Part shown: piece by piece, positions 1 to 13,821 of the stretch
How positions within the stretch are numbered: the stretch's first letter is position 1
Layout: each line of letters begins with the position of its first letter
From: Trichoplax adhaerens
Lineage: Eukaryota; Animalia; Placozoa
Reading direction: 5' to 3'
Assembly: GCF_000150275.1 (NCBI RefSeq)
Contig: NW_002060946.1
Location: 5,227,454 to 5,291,453, forward strand
Length of the DNA: 64,000 nt
Notes under the pieces: model-generated
Seen by the model: only the letters and a program-made list of their open reading frames with translations
Database searches by the model: none
Told to the model about the DNA's origin: nothing
Position numbers and translations under genes: made by a program

Positions 1-395
1 ACACAGTATTACAGTACTACAGAGTACTAGTATTCGATTTACGGTATAATAGATTGTATCGTAAACACTCATCGATTGGCTTGATTGACAAGAGTGATCT
101 CATTCTTCGACTAAGACTAACATGTAGGATACAGTACTTACGTTTACTACTACTGGTATAGAGGTTGCGATCGCTTTGCTAGCCGACCCGTCTACTACTT
201 TACTTCAGTTTGTCTGGTTTTTAAAAATTGTCTGGAAGGCTGTCCAGTTGTCCCGTCCACACTGTCGGTTGAGTCAGCCTTAACCCTTGATAGTCAGACA
301 GCGAGTACACAGTGCATATGCTATGATTAAAAAAAAAAAATCGAATTGCCTCATTTGACTAATAAAATCTTTCACTGATTCGTCCACCTATTTAG

Positions 396-1498
396 AATTC
401 GCCTGTACAAGGAGATATGAAATGTGGTAACTCATCCATTGATGCCTGCTACCAATGGTACATGTCTCAGGCTGGTAAATACCCAGTTGGTCATGTAGAT
501 GGCATTTCTAGGTTCGTCTATTATTTATGCTAATGAATTAATCATAGATATTGCAGTGTCCTATACTAAGACAGTTGCATACGCAATAACCTAGTAACGT
601 ATTGAATGATGAATAGAGTTAATGCACATCGTCACATAGCAAAACGAATGAATATTATAGCTTATTTAAGGTGATATAGTGAAATGTATTTGTAACAATT
701 CTCGTCTTCTTTACCTGCAGATTTAACCCAATCGATTTAAATAATGCCAGACGTAAGAATGCTACTCGTGAAACTACCAGCATACTTAAAGCTTGGTTAT
801 ATGAACACAGAAAAAATCCTTACCCTACCAAGGGAGAAAAAATTATGTTGGCAATCATGACAAAGATGACATTAACGCAAGTTTCGACATGGTTTGCTAA
901 TGCTCGTAGACGCCTTAAAAAGGAAAACAAAATGACTTGGTCACCAAGAAATCGCACTGGTGAGGGCAGAAAGAACTCTGAAGACGATAGCCAAGATGAA
1001 GATCTTAACGATGATGACGATGATGATCATACGAGATCAGATGGACTGAGTACATGTGCCGATTCTCCTGCAAGCAGTGTCATGGATGATAAATCGGATT
1101 GTGGTCGTCATAGTCCTGAACTCAAACTTGCGCAAGAAATTGCTCGTAGACAAGAGAAACCAGCTATTTGGTCACCAATCACAGCTTGCTCAAAACCATC
1201 TGTACCTTGTACTACTACTACTACTTTACCGAGTAGCAACACTAATATGGATTCACCGGTTAAATCATTAAGGAAATATGTAGATGGTGTATTCCATTTA
1301 AAGGAGAATGAAGTTGAAATTAACGTAGAAACTAAGGTAGAACCAGCTTCTCCCGAGTCTCCAAAGGAAAAGGTTTCTGTTAGCGTTGAAATGAAATCTG
1401 AAAAAGAAGAGGCAGTACAGGAGAAATCCGAATCTCAATATCGTGAATTTGACGCAGCGCTAGCACTTACTACTCTGTCTTCATCTAGACAGTCATAA
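396..1498 (+). CDS. Irx: Iroquois-class TALE homeobox transcription factor, 5'-partial (exons ~396-511 and 721-1498)
   Basis: Spliced translation gives [61 protein letters not shown] (Irx homeodomain). It is followed by an acidic tract, IRO-box-like KPAIWSPI and [10 protein letters not shown]. The GT-AG intron 512-720 keeps frame. No start exon was found, so it probably lies upstream of the window. Confidence 0.95.
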
Positions 1499-2789
1499 TT
1501 TAAATAGCGCTAGGAACTGTACATGGTTTAATTCGAACTACTTCGGAGATTTTGTAAAAAATATTGAAGTGTGTGACAATGTCGCACATTATAGAATTAG
1601 GTGCTTGTAGCTGTTAGCTGCGCGCCATTTTCATCGTGAGCATGGCTTCACAGTTTTACTGTTCTTAGATTAGATAAGTTTGAAATTTATAATTAAAAAT
1701 TATTATGAACGTTGAAATCTATCATGTATTAGTAATTATTTGTCGCCACTGTACTTAGCTGTATAACCTGGATACAGTATAACGATATTCTGTTACTATA
1801 CGATGTGATTGATTCTCTAGCGTTATTGTGTTTTCTGTGTACAGTAACACTACATTTCTTATTACGATACAGAATACTGTAACTGAAATACGTAAAATTT
1901 ACACTTCTGTGTTTCCACAATTTATCTTTAATCTTGATGAAATATTGTTTCTTCAGACAATATAAAAGCTTTGCTAAGATATATATTTTAAGCGTAGTAG
2001 TAATACAGGCGCACTTTTACTGTATTACTGTATCATAAATGGTACTGGATGTACTGTAATGTTATTGCTTATTACAAAAGTCTCTCATAATTGATCTGTA
2101 CATATGAAAACCGAGATACTATGTTGCTAAACTCTAACGGATTATTATACTGTACTACTGTGTATATTTTGTCGGTCATTGCTAATCGACCGATTTGTCT
2201 ACTACAGTATTTTCCGAAAGTAAAAACAAGGAATACAATAAATTGAATGGTATTTAACATCTGTATGGAGGTCATCAATTATTTATTTATATTATGTCTA
2301 GAAATTATGCAAATGCAATACAACGATGGTAACATAGCTATAACAATACAGCAACAAGGCAACGACATTAATTAGTCTTGTATATGCACGTTAAAGTAGT
2401 GTTAAGGAATATTATTCAGTGCATTGTCCTTAGTCGTGTTGGTATAAATGTAATTAATAATGACATCATGCGTTACAAAATAAGATGAAAATAGAGGTAT
2501 TGTAATACATCATAATGCGCATACAAGATAACACCAACTTCAACACAGGGGACTGAATTGAATGTGCTCTTTAAGTTGATAACCCGGTACTATTTTGACT
2601 ACCTTGGTAAGACGCGTACAGCCAGTTTCGATCTCTAGTAACTTCAATTATTGTGACATTGCAAGCTTTCTTGAATTTATATTGCGTAGTACTGAAGGAC
2701 AATCAACCAACAGGCAATACGATTTTACCTAATCCATGTTCTGCGCGTATGTAGACCGCACGCCGTTAAAGGTATAGTCTGCCCATGTT

Positions 2790-4220
2790 GCGGTGCTGTA
2801 CTGTACAGTAGTTTAAAATTGATTTTCGATCGAAATACTGTATACTGTACAGTACTATACTTCTGTATGCATAATGCAAACTATCGATCGGTTCTCTGTC
2901 GCTGTACAAGTTCGTTACATATTAGCAAAGGCGTACTTGAGTTTATCCATTTAGTGTAAATAAATAAAATTTAAATTACGATCCGCAGGATTGTGCAATT
3001 AATAAGCGACATTTGTAGAGATCGGTGGGTGTAATACCGTAGGTTATTAATGGTAGAAGAGCAGTAGATTCATTAGTGAAGGCTAAAGTTTTACGTATAA
3101 CGTGTATACGCAAATATATCCCTCTCTCTATAACGCGTTACTGAAAGATAAATTACTGTTGAAGTTGTGCTATCTAAATTAATACTACACAGCTATTTCC
3201 TGTGTTCACTATACTTATTATTAATAATTTATTTTTTATCCTTGTTCAATCATGTTTTTGTTATCCCTCTGAGTACAGTACGGTACACTGTACTGTACAG
3301 TACAGTACAGTACTGTACTGTAGAGACCCTTAAGAGTACAGTACTGTGTACTGTACTGTACATACAGAAGATGGAACAGCCGGACCCGACCAGACCTACT
3401 GATTTAGATAAAGCCGTTCTCCTATGGCACAGTACTGCAGAAATACAGGGTCTACAGTACTGTACAGTATGCTATTCTTCTAGGTTTTGGCACAATGTAC
3501 ACAGTACTGTACTATACAAATTACTAATTACAGGTTTTCCATTAAATCTCCAGTTGTGCTCGCTACGCCCGAGAACCAGTACAGTAGAATAGTACACACG
3601 TTGTACAGACCTCTGCATTGAGTGTACAGTACACTGTCAGGGGCTATTGAACTCCTTCTTACGTTATTAAAAGTAAAAACGAGCTAAAAATGAATTTTAA
3701 GAAATCAGAGGAGGGAAGGATCGCAAAGAAGCGTAGCGAGACGTCCAATATTTTCTATAGAACAGTACTGCACTAAGACGTACAAAGTACAGTACACTGA
3801 GTATGCGCTGTAGTCCACAGTGCAGTCACCATACAGGTCCAGTGTACAGTGCACAGTACTGTAGATTGTCTACTGTCCTATAGTACTGTCCTTCTGTATA
3901 GACAGTACACTGAGTACAGTATGCTGATTCACAGAGAAAATTCTAGAGAATTTACAGTACTGTACTGTACGTACAGTACAGTACTGCACTAAGACGTACT
4001 GTACAAAGTACAGTACACTGAGTATGCGCTGTAGTCCACAGTGCAGTCACCATACTGTACAATGTACAGTGTACAGTACTGTAGATTGTCTACTGTCCTA
4101 CAGTACGGTACTGTCCTTCTGTACAGACAGTACAGTACTGTACTGTACAGTGTACTGTACAGTATGCTGATTCACAGAGAAAATTCTAGAGAATTTACAG
4201 TACGTACAGTAGAGTACTGT
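2790..4220. repeat. ACAGT/ACTGT pentamer-rich palindromic low-complexity region upstream of LONP2, including a ~215-240 bp tandem duplication
   Basis: Runs such as gtactgtacagtacagtacagtactgtactgta (3290-3322). The block agtactgcactaagacgtac...gaaaattctagagaatttacagtac occurs at ~3764-3975 and ~3980-4218. Confidence 0.9.
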
Positions 4221-4428
4221 ACGCAACGTCGAGAAGGACTGTATTGTCTGTCTGTCTGCTCGATGGCCAAGAAAAGGTCAAAAGAGGTGACACTGACAGC
4301 GCATCAGTTGGTATTGCGCACCATTGGTATGAATTGTATGAATCGTATGAGATGATGCGCAGCACGTATCAACCGGACAAGTGGACGTCACTAACATCAC
4401 AGACTTTGATCACCTGGAAAAATTGAAC

Positions 4429-7400
4429 ATGGCTGAAGGTTCACTGGAGCTTCCTAGTTATTTAGCAATCTTAACATTGGCCGATGAAGTTTTACTGCCT
4501 GGATCATCCATTAGAGTATCGATTACAGATACTAAGGGGTAAGTCTCATGAATTGATAGGACTTAAAGATGAATCCATAACCATCTTTGATCATTCATAA
4601 CAAGAACAGTTGATCATTGGATGGGACGCTTTCACTCAAATTGGCCAGGTGAAATAGAGTAAACAGAGATCGACTTTACCAACATGACCAGATCAACTAA
4701 GCATCAACTGGACATTGCTCCTTAAGAGATTCCATTGCCATACTATATCTCACATTGTATAGAGTTGAATCCAATACTTCTTCTTTAATGCTTAAAATAT
4801 GATGTAAAATCCTGAGAAGGATATACTACAAGGTACGACTGTGCCCAGTAGGTACGTCTTAGTCTTACTGTATTCTGGCAACGATTCATACGGTGCATGA
4901 CCAATCCAAAAGGCCATGACCTGATGTTATGCACATTATGGCACAGTAGCCCTGATCGGAGTGATAGAAATAAGTAACCATCAATCAGCTTGGCTAAGTC
5001 ATGAACTACTAAAATTTTTACCATTCGTACTAATGGTAAAGATTTTTGCAGTCCTTGGCCAAGTCAGCTCCAGAAGTTAAGCGTAAGTTTGCCATTACAC
5101 CTGGTAAACTGATCAACTATAAAGTGCAGTCCATCTCCTATCTATGCAGTTCAATAAAAAAAGTACTGACTGTATATTTTCCGTGAACGCTAAATTTAAT
5201 AGAGTATGTTGTATGGCTTTTATCTGTAAGAAAAATTACCAAGTATGGCTACATGATACTGTATGAACGATTCAATCGGTGGCACTATAGTTCTCGTCAT
5301 TCATATATACAGTAGAATACTGAAGGATTATGCCAAATAACGCAAGCTGATACTATAGCGTACACAGTACATACAGCATGCATCTCGAAGTACTTCAGTT
5401 ATCGTCATACTATAGTATTAATTTAATGAATGAATTAATTTAAAGCAGGTCTTCCGAATGTTGTTATGCCCCATGGGTGAATGTTATTTCTAGTTCAACT
5501 ATTTTACGTACTGTATCGTTTTGGATGATATGTGATCACCTGTATACAAACACTGGTTGAATTACTACTGCTGTACTACAGGATTTACTTTGCATGCTGA
5601 AAGATTTATTACTATCGATAGTACAGTACTGTAGATTGCATAGATTAGAACGTCAATTATTCACGAGAATGGCCTGATAAATACGTTAAGATGACTAACA
5701 TGAATGATATAGGGCACAGTATCATAATATCATACGAGTGGATAAAATTGAGACTACATTACATCCCGTATTAATTACTCGTTCTAAAATAAAATAAAAT
5801 TAAATAATTAATCGCCTTGCTTTTGGCATAGACTACAGTACTAGATACTGGTCTAGTCTCTATTAGTTCGTCCTTTTACTAGGGACTTAAAATTGGTTAT
5901 TTCAAGTTAGGATCAATCCTATTACGTTGATTTTAAAGATTTGCAATTTACCATACCGACTACTGTAGTTTACTTGTAATACTTGTTCCACTAAGTACTT
6001 TGTAATTTACCATGGTTGTTTACAGTATATCCAATTCGATGTTCCTATCTAAAATTATTTAGCGTTATTTTACATTGTCAAGAATTTTGGCGTCTGATTC
6101 ATACGTGATCGCAAAGCTGGATTAATTGTATCGTGTTAGAAGTTGAATGTACCATTGCTTCAATCATTAAACAGAGCAGATTTAAATTGAATAAAATAAT
6201 TTATCTTCGGAATAGTAATCTACCATCTTACTCTGTCAGCTTGGCAGCTTGCTATAGAATCTGAATAAATGATTACACTTTTAATATCTGTAGTATCGTC
6301 TATGCTACTGATCTAAAATATCTGCTGTCTCATTGACTTACTAATGAACGTGGCAATTAGTAGTAGCGATTTGATTCCAAATATAACGGCTACGATTTGA
6401 TTATATAACTAATAATGATGTTTTCCGCTAATTTATTGTAGGATTGCTTTAATTCGTCGTAGACTTCTCAGAAGGCGAACATTGCAAAGCACCATTATTG
6501 GTGTTGTACCTAAGCAGAGATTGGATGAGGTCAGTCGATGAAATCAAAGACCAGATTGCTAAAGCTGATCTACTATACTTTAAGTATAGTTCTGCTTAAA
6601 AATTACAAATCAAAATTCGATGATAATATTATTATATGGAGTACATAGTAGCTGCATAGATACCTTGATAGCTACTGTACTTATTTTCCATTGATAGGAA
6701 TTAATCTCCCAAACTGGTACAGCAGCGCTAGTTGTTCAGATAACCGGTGTTTCATCGAACGGCGAACAATCCTATTCCTTATTGCTGACTGGGTTATGTC
6801 GATTTAAAGTAGATACAATCGAACAAGAGCACCCGTATTGCATTAGCAAAATCACTCAGTTAGATAGGCTTCCATTTGTGAAAGGTATGATACTTCAAAA
6901 TACCGTCGTCTTTAAAATAATTAAAATTGAAATATTTTAGAACTTTACGTCATACTTCACTTTCTTACTTAGCTGTAACTTTAAGAAAACAACAAAAGTT
7001 TTACAGCACTTCAGATTATCGCTATTTTGTTAACTGTAAAATTATAGACAGTGGATCTCAAGAGATGGATCAAGAATTAGCTAACGTTATTGATTCCTTT
7101 CGCACTTCCACGAAAGAATTTATCGATATGTTATCTCAATTGGGAACGGCTTATCCCATTGTTGCTAAATTAAAGGTAAAATTATTCTATCTGATAAATA
7201 TATTATCGGAGTATATCTCAATATTAATTCACGATGAATACTTTGTTTGTAATGTATGTAGATGTTTTATCTATCATTTTGAATACTAACATTTGTAGTG
7301 CATATAACTTAAATTCTTTCATTTTGATTTTTAGAATATGGTTAGTTCTTTACCAGCGGAACGACTGCCTGATCTTATTGCTTCTGTAACTAAGTTATCG

Positions 7401-10400
7401 TTTGATGAAAAGTTAAAGGTGTACATTTTTGCCTTATATTCGATCAATTACTTTGTAAACTAATATTAATGAACATTACGAATGATAATTTATTATGAAT
7501 GTATTTATTACATGTTTAATATAGATACTGAATGCAGTCGAAGTTGGGGATAGATTTAAAAAAACTTTGCCACTTTTATTGAAGCAAATTGAAGTATTAA
7601 TAGCTTTTTGTTACATTTATATTGGTTGTATAATATCAAAGTTTGACTCTATGTATACACTATTAGTAGGAGTGTTGCTGAATTTTAATACGTGTATAAA
7701 TTGTTGTTAGGGATTAAAATTACTACAAAAGCATGGTTCAAGCAGTTCCACTCCACCTATAATATCCAAGAATAAAGTGCAGGTATTTATTACTAGTCTA
7801 CTGAAACAGGAATCAGGCATCAGAAATAACAACGGGCACTTATGAATTATTTACACAACCTGTTGTACGGAAGAAATTTATATAACACTTCGTAATTATA
7901 ATCCTATGCACGTAAATTCTTTATCGGAAAACAATGCCTTATTTATTGCAGCCTTTAATGACCCCAACTCGAACAAGGGATTTAAACGATCTCGCTGATG
8001 AGCCAGAGGATGAAGTAGCGGAATTGCAACAAAAAATAAAGTATAATATATTAATGCGTAATCTGTGACTATCTTATTATTGTACCAAATTTGATCTATT
8101 CTGCAATGACGACAATTTTATTGCAATTTTAGTAATGCTAATCTTCCTCCACCGGCACTTAAGGCAGCTAAAACTGAATTAAAGGTATTAATTTATTATT
8201 AATTTATTACGTGGTTCTTTTTTGTGATAGTATTATTTAAAATATCTAGAGGTTAAAGAAAATGCCCCCACAGCTGCCGGATTATAGTGTTACAAGGTAG
8301 TAAATTTATCGGTGATCCTATAATCGTAATCAATCTTTTTGTTGACATTCTCTTCCGCATATGATGGTACTTTTATTTTCCGCTCTAAAAAATATTATTC
8401 ACGAACCTATAATGCTCATAGAAATTATCTAGAATGGATGGTTGACCTGCCGTGGAAGAAATCAACGGAAGATAAATTAGACATTAATAAAGCAAAGTTA
8501 GTTACTGGCTATTAACGATACTTGAAGTATATTTTTTTAATACATAATTCAGCTGATGGTAGCTTATTGAATTTGTGTTCTAATTATCAACTAGGGTGGA
8601 CTTAGATGACGATCATTTTGGCATGAAAGAACTAAAAAAACGCGTTTTGGAGTATTTAGCTGTCAGACAGTTAAGAAATGATTTAAAAGGTAAAATAGAC
8701 ATATATCACGCTGTTCTTTTGCCACAAAATAGCTGGAGATATGTCCGTGTTAACCAATTTTCTTCGTAATAGGACCGATTTTATGCTTCGTTGGTCCACC
8801 GGGCGTAGGCAAAACCAGTGTCGGCCGATCGATCGCAAAAACTTTGGGTAGAGAATTTTTAAGGTGAGTATAATGTAAAGACACTGTTTACCTAAAGTGA
8901 TAATCTTGCTTTGTAATAAGTACTTTAATTTTTAATTTGTAGAATTTCTCTTGGAGGCGTCTCTGATCAATCCGAAATTAGAGGCCATAGGTCTGGAACA
9001 TTGCTAAAAGAAGTATCATTCGTTAGTAATTAAGTAAGCAACCCTGTAATCTACATTTCTGTTTACTTGCAAGGCGTACCTATATAGGTTCAATGCCAGG
9101 CCGCATCATCCAAGGATTGAAAAATATTGGCGTTAATAATCCAGTATTCCTACTTGATGAAGTTGATAAATTGGTAGACTTAATTTCGTAGAGAAAGCTT
9201 CTGAAATAATAGATAAACTTTCTCAGAATGATTCTTCACTGCTTTAGAGTAAGGGAATTCATGGCGATCCTGCAGCTGCTCTTTTGGAAGTACTGGACCC
9301 TGAGCAGAATAATACATTCACCGATCAGTATCCTTTCATTTTAAATCATTTTGTGAACAATTGTACAATTATAAAACTATATAATATTACGATCCTTAAT
9401 CCAAGTTCTCATTTAGCTACCTCAATGTACCATTCGATCTGTCACAAGTAAATATTGATTTCATGCTTTAAATTTTCTTGATATTATATCAGTTGGTAGT
9501 AAAGACTAATATGTTTTTTCCAATCCTAAACCTGAAAGGTGATGTTTATTGCCACTGCTAATACTTTACACACTATACCTTCAGCTCTGTTAGATAGGAT
9601 GGAGGTATAGTACTGGACCTGTACTAATTTATTGCTTTCATTTTTTGTATAATGCAGTTACATCTACGTTTATGCAAAAAATTCATTCGGTTTTTAATTT
9701 ATTGCCTGTAACAATAGGTAATAGAAGTACCTGGATATACTCAAGAAGAAAAAGTGGAAATTGGTGCCCGCCACTTGGTTGCGAAACAATTAACGGTATA
9801 ACTATATTACTTACCCTTATCTATAAATATTTACTATTCGATTTATAAATGCAATGAATAATTTTATGATTCTGTAATAGCAACATGGTTTAAGAAATGA
9901 CCAGCTTGAAATTCCAAGTGAAACAATTAAAGTTATAGGTATAACTAACATTCAAGTTGTGTTTGCATCGCTTCACAAATTAACTCTGTTATGAGGTCAC
10001 TTTTAAAATATAACGATATACTAACATGTACTCAAATTACAGTTTCCCGTTATACTCGTGAAGCTGGTGTGCGCTCACTAGAACGAAAATTAGGAGCAAT
10101 TTGTAGAGCTGCAGCTATTAAGGTAAGGAACGAAATCTTATTAAAGAGCGGAGGTCCGAACTGATGGCTAAAAATATGCCTTGCGTCAAAAGATTGCTGA
10201 GCGGTCAATAGGTACTTCTGAGGACAGGAATAAAGATAAGATAAAAGAACCAGCAATCCATCAGAGTAGTGATATATCGAATTCTATCGTCGTTGATGAA
10301 AGTGCTTTGAAAGAAATACTTGGTGTAAGTTGGACTTTAATCACTTTGCACGTTGTTGACTTACACTAATTTCCATTAACTGCGTATGGAGAATCTAATT

Positions 10401-12292
10401 ATTCATTCAATTTTTAGCCTCATATTTATGAACATGAGGCATCGCAGCGCCTTACCTCACCTGGAATTGCAGTTGGTAGGTTCTGACTTTGCTTTCAAAT
10501 CGGTAGCACTTACAAATGTTAAAATTACTAAACAAAAGTAATTTATAGGCTTAGCTTGGACCCCTATGGGCGGTGAAATTTTATTTGTCGAAGCTAGCAA
10601 AATGATCGGTGATGGTAAATTGAAGTTGACTGGACAATTAGGTAAATATACAGTTTTGATGGCAGCGTATAGTAGAATGACCAGAAAAATGATAAGCCCC
10701 CCCCCCCATTATTTTGCATTGAACGGCCGCCAGGCATCTCTCTCTCTTTCTAGTAGAACTTGATATTAATTGCTTGATATATTAAAGATTTAATATTTTC
10801 TACTTTGACTTCATGGTTTGTAATAAAGGATGTCTGTCTCCAAATACTATTCACTTACACACAAGTATTAACACAATAACTCGAGCTTAGGATAAGCCTT
10901 TATTACGAATTCAATTATAGTAATAGTGATTATCTCACGGTCTAGTATGGCACTTTGTTAGAAATTGTACCATGCGAGCCCAGCAATAACATCTATGTGA
11001 AGGTTACTTCACTACATGGTTATAATTTATTCATTGGATATTATTAATAATTGCATCAGGTGACGTAATGAGAGAGTCCGCATATCTAGCTCTTACTTGG
11101 CTTAAAAGTCATCCAGATCAGGTTAGTGGCATACGCATATAGATAGCGTAATCAGTTTTGATAGCTAATCAATCGCGACAAAGAGCTGTAAAACAAATTA
11201 CCTAATTTTATTTCCTTTCAGAGATACTGTAGTCTCGATGGTACTTTTTTATACACCTTAATTTGCTATTACTAATGTTATCTTCATTTCTGGGTAGTGT
11301 GGTTTATCAAAGAATGATAGTGAATCAATGAACAAGCTCGATATTCACATCCATTTTCCTGCAGGAGCTGTTGAGAAAGATGGACCATCAGCTGGTATAA
11401 CCATAACCACGGTGCTCGTATCACTGTTTAGGTACAATTAAATATGCAATAATTTATACTTATTGAAGCCATGGTTAGACAATTACTTTAACCTATAAGG
11501 ATACTGTAACTCGTTTTTGACTTATGATCTAATGATTTACTTTTGTTTATTTATATTCTTGTAATGTACGCAATAGTGCTAAATGCGTTCGCTCAGATAC
11601 GGCAATGACAGGAGAGATAACTTTGCGTGGACAAGTACTACCTGTATGCTAATAGTTACATGTTTTTATTAATCATACGAGTTGTTGTAGTAATTTATTA
11701 TATTTTTGAGCATAAATTTCAAGTATTTGGTACTTTCCTAATTCACTATGTATTGCTTTTAAATTAGGTTGGGGGTATTAAAGAGAAATCACTAGCAGCC
11801 CATCGCGCAGGCATCAAAAGGGTAATCATTCCGCAACGGAATTTGAAAGTAAGTGATTAAACTAGAAATTACTTTCAATTTTTGTTAGTATTGGTTTGAT
11901 ACTATGACTACATGCACGTGTCTGTACTCTGTACAGTGTACATTAAGCGATCTTTCTAAGGCTTTAGTACGTTTTACAATATTTTGTTTTAGAGTTGAAG
12001 ATATGATGTGCAACTCCTTTTTGTAAAAAAATATACAATTTTTGACATGTAGCTATCAGCAATTATAATCTTAGATATTCTACGTGTTTTGCTTTAGGAT
12101 TTAGAAGATGTTCCAGAAAACGTTAAGGTTTGCTATTTATTTGATCGTTTAAATAAAATGAACTACATAGTAACCTGACTGTCTTTGAAACAACAGAAAG
12201 ACGTTAAATTTATTCCGGTAAAGCGAATTGAAGATGCCTTGGAGGCCGCTTTTATAAGTCAGTTTCCTTTTAAGCCTGATAGTAGGTTATAG
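4429..12292 (+). CDS. LONP2: Peroxisomal Lon protease 2, ~30 exons
   Basis: Exons encode Lon N-domain [10 protein letters not shown], Walker [10 protein letters not shown] (8790s), [16 protein letters not shown], Walker [25 protein letters not shown] and catalytic KDGPSAG (~11376). They also encode [24 protein letters not shown] and C-terminal PTS1 DSRL* (TAG 12290-12292). Internal exon boundaries were read by eye. Confidence 0.96.
9328..9416 (+). other. U12-type (minor spliceosome) GT-AG intron in LONP2
   Basis: Donor GTATCCTTT at 9328, branch site TCCTTAAT at 9393-9400, AG at 9415-9416. Splicing restores [14 protein letters not shown]. Confidence 0.88.
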
Positions 12293-13821
12293 CCTCGTAC
12301 TTTTGTATCAACAATAGTAATAGCAATTGATTATCAGTTGAAAGTTTGGTGAATCAACGTGGCATTCAACGAAATATTATATCATCTTTAGTATAACCGA
12401 TTTTGGTTGTAGGTGATACCTTAGCAGTTCGATGTTTTAATGTACTACTGCAGCTTAATAATTTCATAGCGTAAGCTCCTCGCTCTTAGTATAGCAAAAT
12501 TAATTCATGGTTAACTACACTAACACTGATATATTCTTGTACTGCAATGGTAGATTTAAAATATGTGAACATTTTATTTTTATTTGATGTTATAAGTACT
12601 ACAGGATTATCATGTAAAACGGTTACAATTGCTTAATGTTTAATACCTAATATTCTACTTATGATAATACAGCACTTCACTTGATCAAATTTAATTTATC
12701 AATTGATGCGCTCTTATCCTGAAAACGTTTAGTATAAATTTTATGCTTCTAATGCTTTGCATAGCCTGTAGTTGTCTACGATTACAAAATAAACCGATAA
12801 CATTTTCATCACTAAACTGGTCTTAAGGTATTCAATCATGTAATACGACTATTGCATTCTTTTGGTGTTACGTGTGTTTTTATCAATTTTCCCCTCTAAA
12901 TATGATATTGTTGATTATTCTTCTATCATAAAGACGAAGACACAGTATAGAATATGATTGATCATGTCAGTTTGCAGTGAACTACATTTCTGCCCAAGAA
13001 CCTGCATAACAAGGGGGAAGCGCTTAGCATAAAGTATATACTGTGTAGAATTGACTGCACAATCAATTATAGCATTTAACTTGACGCTTCTGAAATGGTG
13101 CTGTTCCTAAGTTTAAAGACAAAACCTATTCATAACATTCATTTATTGTCAATAATTCTAATCTGAAGAAGTTAAGGATATTACGTAAATTACAATATGA
13201 CATAGAATTAATTCTCGTAGCGCAAACTTGGTAAGGCTACAAAAACTTGAAAGCAAGTTAGTTAACTAAATTAATGAATTCCTACATAATACTTCCTACT
13301 TACAGCTAAATCTAGCAAAGTGGGTACTTTAAAACCTGCGGTAAGTTAGATTTATGATAGTACCAGAAATAGTTTAAAACAATCACTAAAAAGATTATCG
13401 ATATTTAACATTATAATACTGACTCAAGTAATTTATCCTTATGGCCGCATTATTACGGGTATTAATCCAAGTCACTATTACCATAATGCATTTTTACGCT
13501 ATATTTCATACTTTTTAGCATCATGATTTTAAAAGGTTGGACAAGAGGCGGCAGCAGTAAATCAAAGTTACCAGTTCAAATTACTATTAAATAATGATTC
13601 AAATTTTTAGTTACTACCCACACCTATATCACTGAATCACAGATTCTATAATAATATGGTACTAAATCGTTAATGGCAGTTATTAACGAATAGATAGTAG
13701 ATACCGATAATAACTACTTGTAAAATGAACGTTGCCAAAACAGATAGATGTAATTAAGATTCCATAAGCGCAATTAGCGAAGATTAAAGCTTGATAGTAA
13801 GTCTTGTTAAATTAACTGTAT

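Noticed and set aside
3167-4355. ORFs rich in STVLYC/YSTVQ (also 21359-23164)
   Set aside because: They are translations of ACAGT/ACTGT repeats with no protein-like features.
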